DNA from: Escherichia coli
GTDB taxonomy: Bacteria > Pseudomonadota > Gammaproteobacteria > Enterobacterales > Enterobacteriaceae
Length of the DNA: 64,000 bases
Strand: one strand, 5' to 3'
NCBI RefSeq assembly: GCF_965641715.1
Contig: NZ_OZ282453.1
Shown: piece after piece, positions 34,363-43,356 of the stretch
How the letters are laid out: each line of letters starts with the position of its first letter
Numbering within the stretch: position 1 is the first letter of the stretch
Translations under genes and position numbers: made by a program
Notes under the pieces: model-generated
The model's database searches: none
Told to the model about the DNA's origin: nothing
The model's input: the letters and a program-made list of their open reading frames with translations, nothing else

Positions 34363-35766
34363 ATGAATCAACAGGATATTGAACAGGTGGTGAAAGCGGT
34401 ACTGCTGAAAATGCAAAGCAGTGACACGCCGCCCGCCGCCGTTCATGAGATGGGCGTTTTCGCGTCCCTGGATGACGCTGTTGCGGCAGCCAAAATTGCC
34501 CAGCAAGGGTTAAAGAGCGTGGCAATGCGCCAGTTAGCCATTGCTGCCATTCGTGAAGCAGGCGAAAAACACGCCAGAGATTTAGCGGAACTTGCCGTCA
34601 GTGAAACCGGCATGGGTCGCGTTGAAGATAAATTTGCCAAAAACGTCGCTCAGGCACGCGGCACGCCAGGCGTTGAGTGTCTCTCTCCGCAAGTGCTGAC
34701 GGGCGACAACGGCCTGACTTTAATTGAAAACGCGCCCTGGGGCGTGGTGGCTTCGGTGACGCCGTCCACTAACCCGGCGGCAACCGTAATTAATAACGCC
34801 ATCAGCCTGATTGCCGCGGGCAACAGCGTCATTTTTGCCCCGCATCCGGCGGCGAAAAAAGTCTCCCAGCGGGCGATCACGCTGCTCAACCAGGCGATTG
34901 TTGCCGCAGGCGGGCCGGAAAACTTACTGGTTACTGTGGCAAATCCGGATATCGAAACCGCGCAACGCTTGTTCAAGTTTCCGGGTATCGGCCTGCTGGT
35001 GGTGACCGGCGGCGAAGCGGTAGTAGAAGCGGCGCGTAAACACACCAATAAACGTCTGATTGCCGCAGGCGCTGGCAACCCGCCGGTAGTGGTGGATGAA
35101 ACCGCTGACCTCGCCCGTGCTGCTCAGTCCATCGTCAAAGGCGCGTCTTTCGATAACAACATCATTTGTGCCGACGAAAAGGTACTGATTGTTGTTGATA
35201 GCGTAGCCGATGAACTGATGCGTCTGATGGAAGGCCAGCACGCGGTGAAACTGACCGCAGAACAGGCGCAGCAGCTGCAACCGGTGTTGCTGAAAAATAT
35301 CGACGAGCGCGGAAAAGGCACCGTCAGCCGTGACTGGGTTGGTCGCGACGCAGGCAAAATCGCGGCGGCAATCGGCCTTAAAGTTCCGCAAGAAACGCGC
35401 CTGCTGTTTGTGGAAACCACCGCAGAACATCCGTTTGCCGTGACTGAACTGATGATGCCGGTGTTGCCCGTCGTGCGCGTCGCCAACGTGGCGGATGCCA
35501 TTGCGCTAGCGGTGAAACTGGAAGGCGGTTGCCACCACACGGCGGCAATGCACTCGCGCAACATCGAAAACATGAACCAGATGGCGAATGCTATTGATAC
35601 CAGCATTTTCGTTAAGAACGGACCGTGCATTGCCGGGCTGGGGCTGGGCGGGGAAGGCTGGACCACCATGACCATCACCACGCCAACCGGTGAAGGGGTA
35701 ACCAGCGCGCGTACGTTTGTCCGTCTGCGTCGCTGTGTATTAGTCGATGCGTTTCGCATTGTTTAA
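34363..35766 (+). CDS. eutE: acetaldehyde dehydrogenase EutE
   Basis: 467 aa aldehyde dehydrogenase-family sequence. Confidence 0.85.
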   Translation: MNQQDIEQVVKAVLLKMQSSDTPPAAVHEMGVFASLDDAVAAAKIAQQGLKSVAMRQLAIAAIREAGEKHARDLAELAVSETGMGRVEDKFAKNVAQARGTPGVECLSPQVLTGDNGLTLIENAPWGVVASVTPSTNPAATVINNAISLIAAGNSVIFAPHPAAKKVSQRAITLLNQAIVAAGGPENLLVTVANPDIETAQRLFKFPGIGLLVVTGGEAVVEAARKHTNKRLIAAGAGNPPVVVDETADLARAAQSIVKGASFDNNIICADEKVLIVVDSVADELMRLMEGQHAVKLTAEQAQQLQPVLLKNIDERGKGTVSRDWVGRDAGKIAAAIGLKVPQETRLLFVETTAEHPFAVTELMMPVLPVVRVANVADAIALAVKLEGGCHHTAAMHSRNIENMNQMANAIDTSIFVKNGPCIAGLGLGGEGWTTMTITTPTGEGVTSARTFVRLRRCVLVDAFRIV

Positions 35767-35776
35767 GGAGTAACAG

Positions 35777-36613
35777 ATGGCGCACGACGAACAATGGCTC
35801 ACCCCACGTCTGCAAACGGCGGCAACGCTGTGTAACCAGACGCCCGCCGCGACGGAATCTCCGCTGTGGCTGGGGGTGGATCTGGGCACCTGCGATGTGG
35901 TGTCGATGGTTGTCGACCGCGACGGTCAGCCAGTGGCGGTATGCCTCGACTGGGCCGATGTGGTTCGCGACGGCATCGTCTGGGATTTCTTCGGCGCTGT
36001 CACCATTGTTCGTCGCCATCTCGACACGCTCGAGCAGCAATTCGGTCGTCGTTTTAGCCATGCGGCGACTTCATTTCCTCCAGGTACGGACCCGCGTATT
36101 TCCATCAACGTGCTGGAATCTGCCGGACTGGAAGTGAGCCATGTGCTGGATGAGCCAACCGCAGTTGCGGATCTGCTGCAACTGGACAACGCCGGTGTAG
36201 TGGATATCGGCGGCGGCACTACCGGCATTGCCATCGTGAAAAAGGGCAAGGTGACGTACTCGGCGGATGAAGCCACCGGCGGACATCACATCTCTCTGAC
36301 TCTCGCCGGAAATCGCCGTATTTCGCTGGAAGAGGCGGAGCAGTACAAGCGCGGTCACGGTGAAGAGATTTGGCCTGCGGTGAAACCGGTGTACGAAAAA
36401 ATGGCGGACATTGTCGCCCGGCATATTGAAGGGCAGGGCATTACTGATTTATGGCTGGCGGGCGGCTCTTGTATGCAACCGGGCGTGGCGGAACTGTTTC
36501 GCAAACAATTCCCGGCGTTACAGGTGCATTTACCGCAGCACAGTTTGTTTATGACCCCGCTGGCGATCGCCAGTAGTGGGCGAGAGAAAGCGGAGGGGCT
36601 ATATGCAAAATGA
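35777..36613 (+). CDS. eutJ: ethanolamine utilization chaperone-like protein EutJ
   Basis: 278 aa with actin/Hsp70-type ATPase motifs (DLGTCD, DIGGGTTG). Confidence 0.85.
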   Translation: MAHDEQWLTPRLQTAATLCNQTPAATESPLWLGVDLGTCDVVSMVVDRDGQPVAVCLDWADVVRDGIVWDFFGAVTIVRRHLDTLEQQFGRRFSHAATSFPPGTDPRISINVLESAGLEVSHVLDEPTAVADLLQLDNAGVVDIGGGTTGIAIVKKGKVTYSADEATGGHHISLTLAGNRRISLEEAEQYKRGHGEEIWPAVKPVYEKMADIVARHIEGQGITDLWLAGGSCMQPGVAELFRKQFPALQVHLPQHSLFMTPLAIASSGREKAEGLYAK

Positions 36614-37790
36614 ATTGCAGACCGCGCTCTTTCAGGCGTTCGATACCCTGAATCTGCAACGGGTAAAAACATTTAGCGTTCCACCGGTGACGCTTTGCGG
36701 TCCGGGCTCGGTGAGCAGTTGCGGACAGCAAGCGCAAACGCGTGGGCTGAAACATCTGTTCGTGATGGCAGACAGCTTTTTGCATCAGGCAGGGATGACC
36801 GCCGGGCTGACGCGTAGCCTGACCGTTAAAGGTATCGCCATGACGCTCTGGCCATGTCCGGTGGGCGAACCGTGCATTACCGACGTGTGTGCAGCCGTGG
36901 CGCAGTTGCGTGAGTCAGGCTGTGATGGGGTGATCGCGTTTGGCGGCGGCTCGGTGCTGGATGCGGCGAAAGCCGTGACGTTGCTGGTGACGAACCCGGA
37001 TAGCACGCTGGCAGAGATGTCAGAAACCAGCGTTCTGCAACCGCGCTTGCCGCTGATTGCCATTCCAACTACCGCCGGAACCGGCTCTGAAACCACCAAT
37101 GTAACGGTGATTATCGACGCGGTGAGCGGGCGCAAGCAGGTGTTAGCCCATGCCTCGCTGATGCCGGATGTGGCGATCCTCGACGCCGCATTGACCGAAG
37201 GTGTGCCGTCGCATGTCACGGCGATGACCGGCATTGATGCGTTAACCCATGCCATTGAAGCATACAGCGCCCTGAACGCTACACCGTTTACCGACAGTCT
37301 GGCGATTGGTGCCATTGCGATGATTGGCAAATCGCTGCCGAAAGCGGTGGGCTACGGTCACGACCTTGCCGCGCGCGAGAGCATGTTGCTGGCTTCATGT
37401 ATGGCGGGAATGGCGTTTTCCAGTGCGGGTCTTGGGTTGTGCCACGCGATGGCGCATCAGCCGGGCGCGGCGCTGCATATTCCGCACGGTCTCGCGAACG
37501 CTATGTTGCTGCCAACGGTGATGGAGTTTAACCGGATGGTTTGTCGTGAACGCTTTAGTCAGATTGGTCGGGCACTGCGAACTAAAAAATCCGACGATCG
37601 TGACGCTATTAACGCGGTAAGTGAGCTGATTGCGGAAGTTGGGATTGGTAAACGACTGGGCGATGTTGGCGCGACATCTGCGCATTACGGTGCATGGGCG
37701 CAGGCCGCGCAGGAAGATATTTGTCTGCGCAGCAACCCGCGTACCGCCAGCCTGGAACAGATTGTCGGACTGTACGCAGCGGCGCAATAA
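36603..37790 (+). CDS. eutG: iron-containing alcohol dehydrogenase EutG
   Basis: 395 aa from internal Met MQNELQTALF...; overlaps the eutJ 3' end. Confidence 0.85.
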   Translation: MQNELQTALFQAFDTLNLQRVKTFSVPPVTLCGPGSVSSCGQQAQTRGLKHLFVMADSFLHQAGMTAGLTRSLTVKGIAMTLWPCPVGEPCITDVCAAVAQLRESGCDGVIAFGGGSVLDAAKAVTLLVTNPDSTLAEMSETSVLQPRLPLIAIPTTAGTGSETTNVTVIIDAVSGRKQVLAHASLMPDVAILDAALTEGVPSHVTAMTGIDALTHAIEAYSALNATPFTDSLAIGAIAMIGKSLPKAVGYGHDLAARESMLLASCMAGMAFSSAGLGLCHAMAHQPGAALHIPHGLANAMLLPTVMEFNRMVCRERFSQIGRALRTKKSDDRDAINAVSELIAEVGIGKRLGDVGATSAHYGAWAQAAQEDICLRSNPRTASLEQIVGLYAAAQ

Positions 37791-37791
37791 A

Positions 37792-37873
37792 TGCCGGATG
37801 CGACGCTTGCCGCGTCTTATCCGGCCTACGGGATTGCACATGTAGGGCGGATAAGGCTTCACGCAGCATCCGC
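37792..37873. repeat. REP elements between eutG and eutH
   Basis: gccggatgcgacgcttgccgcgtcttatccggcc and tgtagggcggataaggc palindromic units. Confidence 0.55.
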
Positions 37874-37905
37874 TAATAAATAACAACTAACAGGGAGTAA
37901 AGGCG

Positions 37906-39132
37906 ATGGGAATTAACGAAATCATCATGTACATCATGATGTTCTTTATGCTGATAGCTGCCGTAGACAGGATCCTGTCGCAGTTCGGCGGTTCTGCTCG
38001 TTTCCTCGGTAAGTTCGGTAAAAGTATCGAAGGATCAGGCGGTCAGTTCGAAGAAGGCTTTATGGCAATGGGCGCACTGGGCCTGGCGATGGTCGGTATG
38101 ACCGCGCTGGCACCGGTACTGGCTCACGTTCTCGGGCCGGTAATTATTCCGGTTTACGAAATGCTCGGCGCTAACCCATCGATGTTCGCCGGAACACTGC
38201 TGGCGTGCGATATGGGCGGCTTCTTCCTCGCCAAAGAGCTGGCGGGCGGCGACGTAGCCGCGTGGCTATACTCTGGGTTAATTCTCGGGTCGATGATGGG
38301 GCCAACGATTGTGTTTTCCATTCCGGTGGCGCTCGGCATTATCGAACCTTCTGACCGTCGTTATCTGGCGCTCGGCGTGCTGGCGGGCATTGTGACCATT
38401 CCGATTGGTTGTATCGCTGGTGGTCTGGTTGCTATGTACTCCGGTGTTCAGATCAACGGCCAGCCGGTGGAATTCACTTTCGCCCTGATCCTGATGAACA
38501 TGATCCCGGTGATCATTGTTGCGATTCTGGTGGCGCTGGGGCTGAAATTCATCCCAGAAAAAATGATCAACGGCTTCCAGATCTTCGCCAAATTCCTCGT
38601 TGCATTGATCACCCTCGGTCTTGCCGCTGCGGTAGTGAAATTCCTGCTTGGCTGGGAACTGATCCCCGGTCTGGATCCTATCTTTATGGCCCCTGGCGAT
38701 AAACCCGGTGAGGTGATGCGCGCCATTGAAGTTATCGGTTCTATCTCCTGCGTTCTGTTAGGGGCGTATCCGATGGTGCTGCTGCTGACCCGCTGGTTTG
38801 AAAAACCGCTGATGAGCGTCGGTAAAGTGCTGAATATGAACAACATCGCGGCAGCCGGCATGGTGGCAACGCTTGCCAACAACATCCCGATGTTCGGCAT
38901 GATGAAGCAGATGGATACCCGCGGCAAAGTCATCAACTGCGCCTTCGCCGTTTCCGCTGCTTTCGCCCTGGGCGACCACTTAGGCTTCGCCGCTGCCAAC
39001 ATGAATGCCATGATCTTCCCGATGATTGTCGGCAAGTTGATCGGCGGCGTAACGGCGATTGGCGTGGCGATGATGCTGGTGCCAAAAGACGACGCGACCG
39101 CGGCTAAAACCGAAGCGGAGGCACAATCGTGA
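37906..39132 (+). CDS. eutH: ethanolamine permease EutH
   Basis: 408-aa polytopic membrane protein. Confidence 0.85.
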   Translation: MGINEIIMYIMMFFMLIAAVDRILSQFGGSARFLGKFGKSIEGSGGQFEEGFMAMGALGLAMVGMTALAPVLAHVLGPVIIPVYEMLGANPSMFAGTLLACDMGGFFLAKELAGGDVAAWLYSGLILGSMMGPTIVFSIPVALGIIEPSDRRYLALGVLAGIVTIPIGCIAGGLVAMYSGVQINGQPVEFTFALILMNMIPVIIVAILVALGLKFIPEKMINGFQIFAKFLVALITLGLAAAVVKFLLGWELIPGLDPIFMAPGDKPGEVMRAIEVIGSISCVLLGAYPMVLLLTRWFEKPLMSVGKVLNMNNIAAAGMVATLANNIPMFGMMKQMDTRGKVINCAFAVSAAFALGDHLGFAAANMNAMIFPMIVGKLIGGVTAIGVAMMLVPKDDATAAKTEAEAQS

Positions 39133-40532
39133 ACACTCGCCAGCTACTGAGCGTCGGTATCGATATCGGCACCACCACCACCCAGGTGATTTTCTCCCAC
39201 CTGGAACTGGTTAACCGTGCGGCGGTGTCGCAGGTGCCGCGCTACGAATTCATCAAACGCGAAATTAGCTGGCAAAGCCCGGTGTTCTTTACCCCTGTCG
39301 ATAAACAGGGTGGTTTAAAAGAAGCGGAACTGAAATCGCTGATTTTAGAGCAATATCAGGCTGCGGGCATTGCGCCGGAAAGCGTTGATTCTGGTGCCAT
39401 CATCATCACCGGTGAAAGCGCGAAAACCCGCAATGCTCGCCCGGCGGTGATGGCGCTCTCTCAGTCGCTGGGCGATTTTGTCGTCGCCAGCGCCGGGCCG
39501 CACCTCGAATCCGTGATCGCCGGTCACGGTGCCGGGGCGCAAACCCTTTCTGAACAACGGCTGTGTCGGGTACTGAATATCGACATCGGCGGTGGCACCG
39601 CGAACTACGCCCTGTTCGATGCCGGAAAAATCAGCGGCACTGCCTGCCTCAACGTCGGTGGTCGCCTGCTGGAAACCGACAGCCAGGGGCGCGTGGTTTA
39701 CGCTCATAAACCGGGGCAGATGATTGTGGATGAGTGCTTCGGCGCAGGCACCGATGCCCGTTCGCTGACCGGCGCGCAGCTGGTGCAGGTTACCCGGCGG
39801 ATGGCAGAGCTGATTGTCGAAGTGATTGACGGAACGCTTTCGCCGCTCGCGCAGGCATTAATGCAAACCGGTTTGCTGCCCGCAGGTGTTACGCCCGAAA
39901 TCATTACGCTTTCTGGCGGCGTGGGCGAATGTTATCGCCACCAGCCCGCCGACCCGTTCTGTTTTGCCGATATTGGCCCGCTTCTGGCAACGGCGCTGCA
40001 TGACCATCCGCGCCTGCGTGAGATGAACGTGCAGTTTCCGGCGCAAACCGTGCGCGCCACGGTGATTGGTGCGGGTGCACATACCCTTTCGCTCTCTGGC
40101 AGCACAATCTGGCTGGAGGGCGTACAACTGCCGCTGCGCAATTTGCCGGTGGCGATCCCAATTGATGAAACGGATCTGGTGGGTGCCTGGCAACAGGCGC
40201 TGATTCAGCTGGATCTTGATCCCAAAACTGACGCGTACGTGCTGGCGCTTCCCGCCTCGCTGCCTGTGCGTTACGCCGCGGTACTGACGGTCATCAACGC
40301 GTTGGTCGATTTCGTCGCGCGTTTTCCGAATCCGAATCCCCTGCTGGTGGTGGCCGGGCAGGACTTTGGTAAAGCTCTGGGCATGTTGTTGCGCCCACAG
40401 CTACAACAACTCCCGTTGGCAGTCATTGACGAAGTGATTGTCCGCGCGGGGGACTATATCGACATTGGTACGCCTCTTTTTGGCGGATCGGTTGTGCCGG
40501 TGACGGTGAAATCACTCGCATTTCCTTCCTGA
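39129..40532 (+). CDS. eutA: ethanolamine ammonia-lyase reactivase EutA
   Basis: 467 aa MNTRQLLSVGIDIGTTTTQVIF...; stop TGA at 40530-40532 abuts the island. Confidence 0.85.
   Translation: MNTRQLLSVGIDIGTTTTQVIFSHLELVNRAAVSQVPRYEFIKREISWQSPVFFTPVDKQGGLKEAELKSLILEQYQAAGIAPESVDSGAIIITGESAKTRNARPAVMALSQSLGDFVVASAGPHLESVIAGHGAGAQTLSEQRLCRVLNIDIGGGTANYALFDAGKISGTACLNVGGRLLETDSQGRVVYAHKPGQMIVDECFGAGTDARSLTGAQLVQVTRRMAELIVEVIDGTLSPLAQALMQTGLLPAGVTPEIITLSGGVGECYRHQPADPFCFADIGPLLATALHDHPRLREMNVQFPAQTVRATVIGAGAHTLSLSGSTIWLEGVQLPLRNLPVAIPIDETDLVGAWQQALIQLDLDPKTDAYVLALPASLPVRYAAVLTVINALVDFVARFPNPNPLLVVAGQDFGKALGMLLRPQLQQLPLAVIDEVIVRAGDYIDIGTPLFGGSVVPVTVKSLAFPS
40525..40532. repeat. left junction direct repeat (att core candidate), overlaps the eutA stop codon
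   Basis: cttcctga, identical to 51725-51732; surrounding 20 bp are imperfectly similar. Confidence 0.5.
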
Positions 40533-40626
40533 ATACTGTAGTTATCAGGCGTGGCGCTGGGTGGCTGGGTGTTAGTGGGATTATATCCGGCTGTGTATCC
40601 GGTCGGGGTGATTGGTCTGTATAGCA

Positions 40627-40647
40627 GAAAACCCGGCGCGGGGCCGG
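40627..40647 (-). terminator. rho-independent terminator of the eutA-proximal cargo gene
   Basis: cccggc gcgg gccggg hairpin with a U tract on the minus-strand transcript; a near-identical copy is at 42316-42337. Confidence 0.6.
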
Positions 40648-40655
40648 GTGAACTA

Positions 40656-41216
40656 TCACTCAGGGAACAAGTTGATTTGAAGCAAACTGCCAATGTATTT
40701 ACCAGTGCTTTTAATTTTTCGCTTTGATGGCTTACACGAATTCAGGTTGACACCAGCCTGGCTAGATATTGGCTTGTATTGCCGCTCCGCCAGTACGATC
40801 AGGTCTGCCGCGTCTTTTAGCTTTCCATCGTTAGCCAGTTCCAATGCTCGATCCGCCATTTGCCCGCATTGTTGAATCAGCTTAAGTTGCGATACCTCCA
40901 GTCGCAATTGCTGGATTCGTTCTACCACTTTCGCCCTAATGCGCTTAGTTTCACGCATTCCCATTCTTAATGCCTGGTTGCCAGTAAGTGAGTAAACCTC
41001 TTTTTCTTTCCTGAAGTTTGCGGCTTTACCGTCAGCTTGGACGCGCATTTTATGCGCTTCCAAGAATTCGCCCTCCAATTCATCCCTGATCTTCGCGTTG
41101 AATCTGTCGTTCTTGAGTTCATTTAACCCTTCCGCCTTGCGGATCTGGTTGATTAACTCCAACAATTCATCACTGCGGATACGCCACTCGCTATCAACCT
41201 GTACCAAGTCAAACAT
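40656..41216 (-). CDS. hypothetical protein (island cargo); function unknown
   Basis: ORF track 40656..41309 begins at a TTG; the internal ATG at 41216 (MFDLVQVDSEWRIR...) has a GGGAG Shine-Dalgarno 6 nt upstream, giving 186 aa; basic C-terminus; own terminator. Confidence 0.55.
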   Translation of the reverse strand: MFDLVQVDSEWRIRSDELLELINQIRKAEGLNELKNDRFNAKIRDELEGEFLEAHKMRVQADGKAANFRKEKEVYSLTGNQALRMGMRETKRIRAKVVERIQQLRLEVSQLKLIQQCGQMADRALELANDGKLKDAADLIVLAERQYKPISSQAGVNLNSCKPSKRKIKSTGKYIGSLLQINLFPE

Positions 41217-41380
41217 GTTGTTGCTCCCGTTTTGCTGCCATAGGGCAACGGCTCGCCAGCCTTTATCACCTCCTTTAGTTGTTGCGATTCTTAACTGAAT
41301 GGTTATCAAAACGCTGCGTTAATATCATTGATATGTATCAAATTTGTTTTGTGACGCGACAATGCCTTGTGAATATCAAT

Positions 41381-41404
41381 AAAAAACCCAGCGCTATGGC
41401 TGGG
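41381..41404 (-). terminator. rho-independent terminator of the HTH cargo gene
   Basis: cccagc gctatg gctggg hairpin with a U tract on the minus-strand transcript. Confidence 0.55.
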
Positions 41405-41437
41405 CTTCGTTTAATGAGATGGGATTGAAAGCGGGTT

Positions 41438-42220
41438 TTATTTATCTCCCAGATTGTATTCCCAGTTGGGAAGTAAAGTTATCAGCTTGTCACCTTTCTT
41501 GCCTTTGCCGATCTGGTTGCCGTTCTCGTCTTTCTTGTGTGTGATTTCCTGGTCAACCTTAATCAATCCTCTCTCTTTGGCTTGCTCAATCAGTCGGTAG
41601 AATGCGCCGTTACTAATCGGCTTCCGGTTACCGTCGTTATCCATCGCAGTGATTTTCTGTTGCAGTCCGGCGTTATTGCCCAGGTATTCGCCACCTAACG
41701 CCGCCAGTACCTGACACAACATGCCGACACTGTATTTTTTCGGATTTGGGTTAATCCATTCTTTAGCTCCCATCTCTTTTTTGTCGTTGGGCGCTTGTTC
41801 TGCTGCTACTGCGTTCACCTTTTCATCTCCCATCTTGTTACCGCTTGCTGTGCGCTTAATTTCTTCCAGTTCTCTCTCAAGCTCACCTATACGTAATTCA
41901 CGCTCGATAATTACCCCGCGCAGCACATCATCATCACCGTGAGGGCTTGCCTGAATCCAGTTACCATTGGCGAGCGGTAGGAGGGCATAAATTCCGAACA
42001 GGTCACAAAGCGCGGCAAGTGTATTAAAATCAGGTTCCCGGCGTCCCTCCATCCAGTGGCTAACAGCGCCTTTTGTGACTGGTTCGCCTTTCTTGCTTTT
42101 AACACCCATGCGATCCAGTGCGGCGGCTATCTCTTCGCATTTAATGCCACGACCGCCAGCATAGCCCGCCGCTTTCGCGGCCCCTTTGAGGATGTCGTGA
42201 ATTTTCATTTCGTAACTCAT
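41438..42220 (-). CDS. XRE/Cro-C1-type helix-turn-helix domain protein (island cargo)
   Basis: ORF track 41438..42235; preferred start is the second ATG (MSYEMKIHD...) with a GGGAGA Shine-Dalgarno; HTH-like segment IKCEEIAAALDRMGVKSKKGEPVTKGAVSHWMEG; coiled-coil middle; Lys/Gly-rich C-terminus. Confidence 0.6.
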   Translation of the reverse strand: MSYEMKIHDILKGAAKAAGYAGGRGIKCEEIAAALDRMGVKSKKGEPVTKGAVSHWMEGRREPDFNTLAALCDLFGIYALLPLANGNWIQASPHGDDDVLRGVIIERELRIGELERELEEIKRTASGNKMGDEKVNAVAAEQAPNDKKEMGAKEWINPNPKKYSVGMLCQVLAALGGEYLGNNAGLQQKITAMDNDGNRKPISNGAFYRLIEQAKERGLIKVDQEITHKKDENGNQIGKGKKGDKLITLLPNWEYNLGDK

Positions 42221-42226
42221 AATTTT

Positions 42227-42257
42227 ATCTCCCATCTCATGAACTATGGTGGGAGAT
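42227..42257. promoter_or_regulatory. perfect 8-bp inverted repeat (atctccca N15 tgggagat) over the start region of the HTH gene
   Basis: Arms at 42227-42234 and 42250-42257; one arm contains the Shine-Dalgarno and first ATG of the minus-strand gene; tgggagat recurs at 42958-42965. Confidence 0.45.
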
Positions 42258-42315
42258 TAACACGGCGGGCCTGTGGCGGGTAAGTGTAACGGGAGAGAAT
42301 GTTGATTCAGGTCAC

Positions 42316-42337
42316 AAAAACCCGGCGCGGGGCCGGG
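42316..42337 (-). terminator. rho-independent terminator of the 158-aa cargo gene
   Basis: cccggc gcgg(g) gccggg hairpin with a U tract on the minus-strand transcript. Confidence 0.6.
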
Positions 42338-42359
42338 CTGTGTTAGTACGTCGTTGCTC

Positions 42360-42836
42360 TTAGTTCATGAGGAGATCTTTAAATTCGACGCCGTATTCAT
42401 GGGCAATGTCGCCTCTATAGTAGATGTTATCTTTCAGGATATATCCGACGTTTCTCAGGACGTGAGAACACTCTCTTACTGCTGCCTCTTTACCCCTTAA
42501 AACATCCTCCCCGCTAACTTCTTCGCCGCTGTACTTCACTGCGATGTTGTCTGCTGCACGCTCTGCTGCTTCCAGGCAATTAATCTTCACTTTTCCCCGA
42601 TTCTCCCAGGCAAAATCGCGGCCATAAATCCCCATTGCATCAACCATCTTTTGCGCAGTAGTGCGCTCATCCACCCATTCAGTGCGTTCGAACTTCTCGC
42701 CAGCAGCTACCCTTGCCGCCAGTTGTTCGTGTTGAGTCTGTACGGCCGCAGCCTCTTCTTCCCATTTGCCTTGCTCGTTGTATACGATGAAGCCAGTGAT
42801 GACTGCAGCGATTAGTAACTTGTCCAGAAAATTCAT
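42360..42836 (-). CDS. membrane-anchored hypothetical protein (island cargo)
   Basis: 158 aa; AGGAGG Shine-Dalgarno 5 nt upstream of the ATG; single N-terminal hydrophobic helix LLIAAVITGFIVY followed by a charged soluble domain. Confidence 0.6.
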   Translation of the reverse strand: MNFLDKLLIAAVITGFIVYNEQGKWEEEAAAVQTQHEQLAARVAAGEKFERTEWVDERTTAQKMVDAMGIYGRDFAWENRGKVKINCLEAAERAADNIAVKYSGEEVSGEDVLRGKEAAVRECSHVLRNVGYILKDNIYYRGDIAHEYGVEFKDLLMN

Positions 42837-43120
42837 AGCTTCCTCCTATCTGTTCAATTACCCGGCATCTCTTGCCGTTGAACGTATTAAACAAAATGCC
42901 AGTCAGGGATAAAGCGATCTGCGTCATAAAGTCCATCCCCCATCTCATTGATATTGATGGGAGATTGTTTAATTGGTCAGAAATTAAGCGTTTATGTGCG
43001 CTGCCGGGTATCCACCTCCTATCTGAAGATGGAAAGATGGGTGATATAATGTGATGGCAATTGGTGGATTGCGTGGTTTTTACAATGATAAGGGGCTGGC
43101 GTAATGCTGGCCCCTTTGTT

Positions 43121-43162
43121 TATCCGGTATCCGGTATCCGGTATAAGCGGGCGTGTATCCGG
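43121..43162. repeat. cluster of four tatccgg motifs (three tandem 7-mers plus one)
   Basis: tatccggtatccggtatccggtataagcgggcgtgtatccgg; related copies at 40584-40602 and, inverted, at 51558-51565. Confidence 0.5.
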
Positions 43163-43356
43163 TAGCGGGGATATGGGCGCGTGTACGTGAAATCTGGCAA
43201 ATTAGCAGGGTAATTGTGAGGGAATTTTTGCGTAGGAGCGTTTGTGGCTGGTAGCTCAAAATTGAGCTTTGCTTTTCATTCAATGACTTAGGTTAATTCT
43301 AGCAAAACGCTAGGATTGAATGTCCGCCAGTCTGCTTCCCCTAGCGTGGGATTTGG

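Noticed and set aside
43080-43283. 67-aa minus-strand ORF spanning the tatccgg repeat cluster
   Set aside because: The frame is generated by the repeats themselves; no ribosome-binding site; better explained as non-coding repeat DNA.
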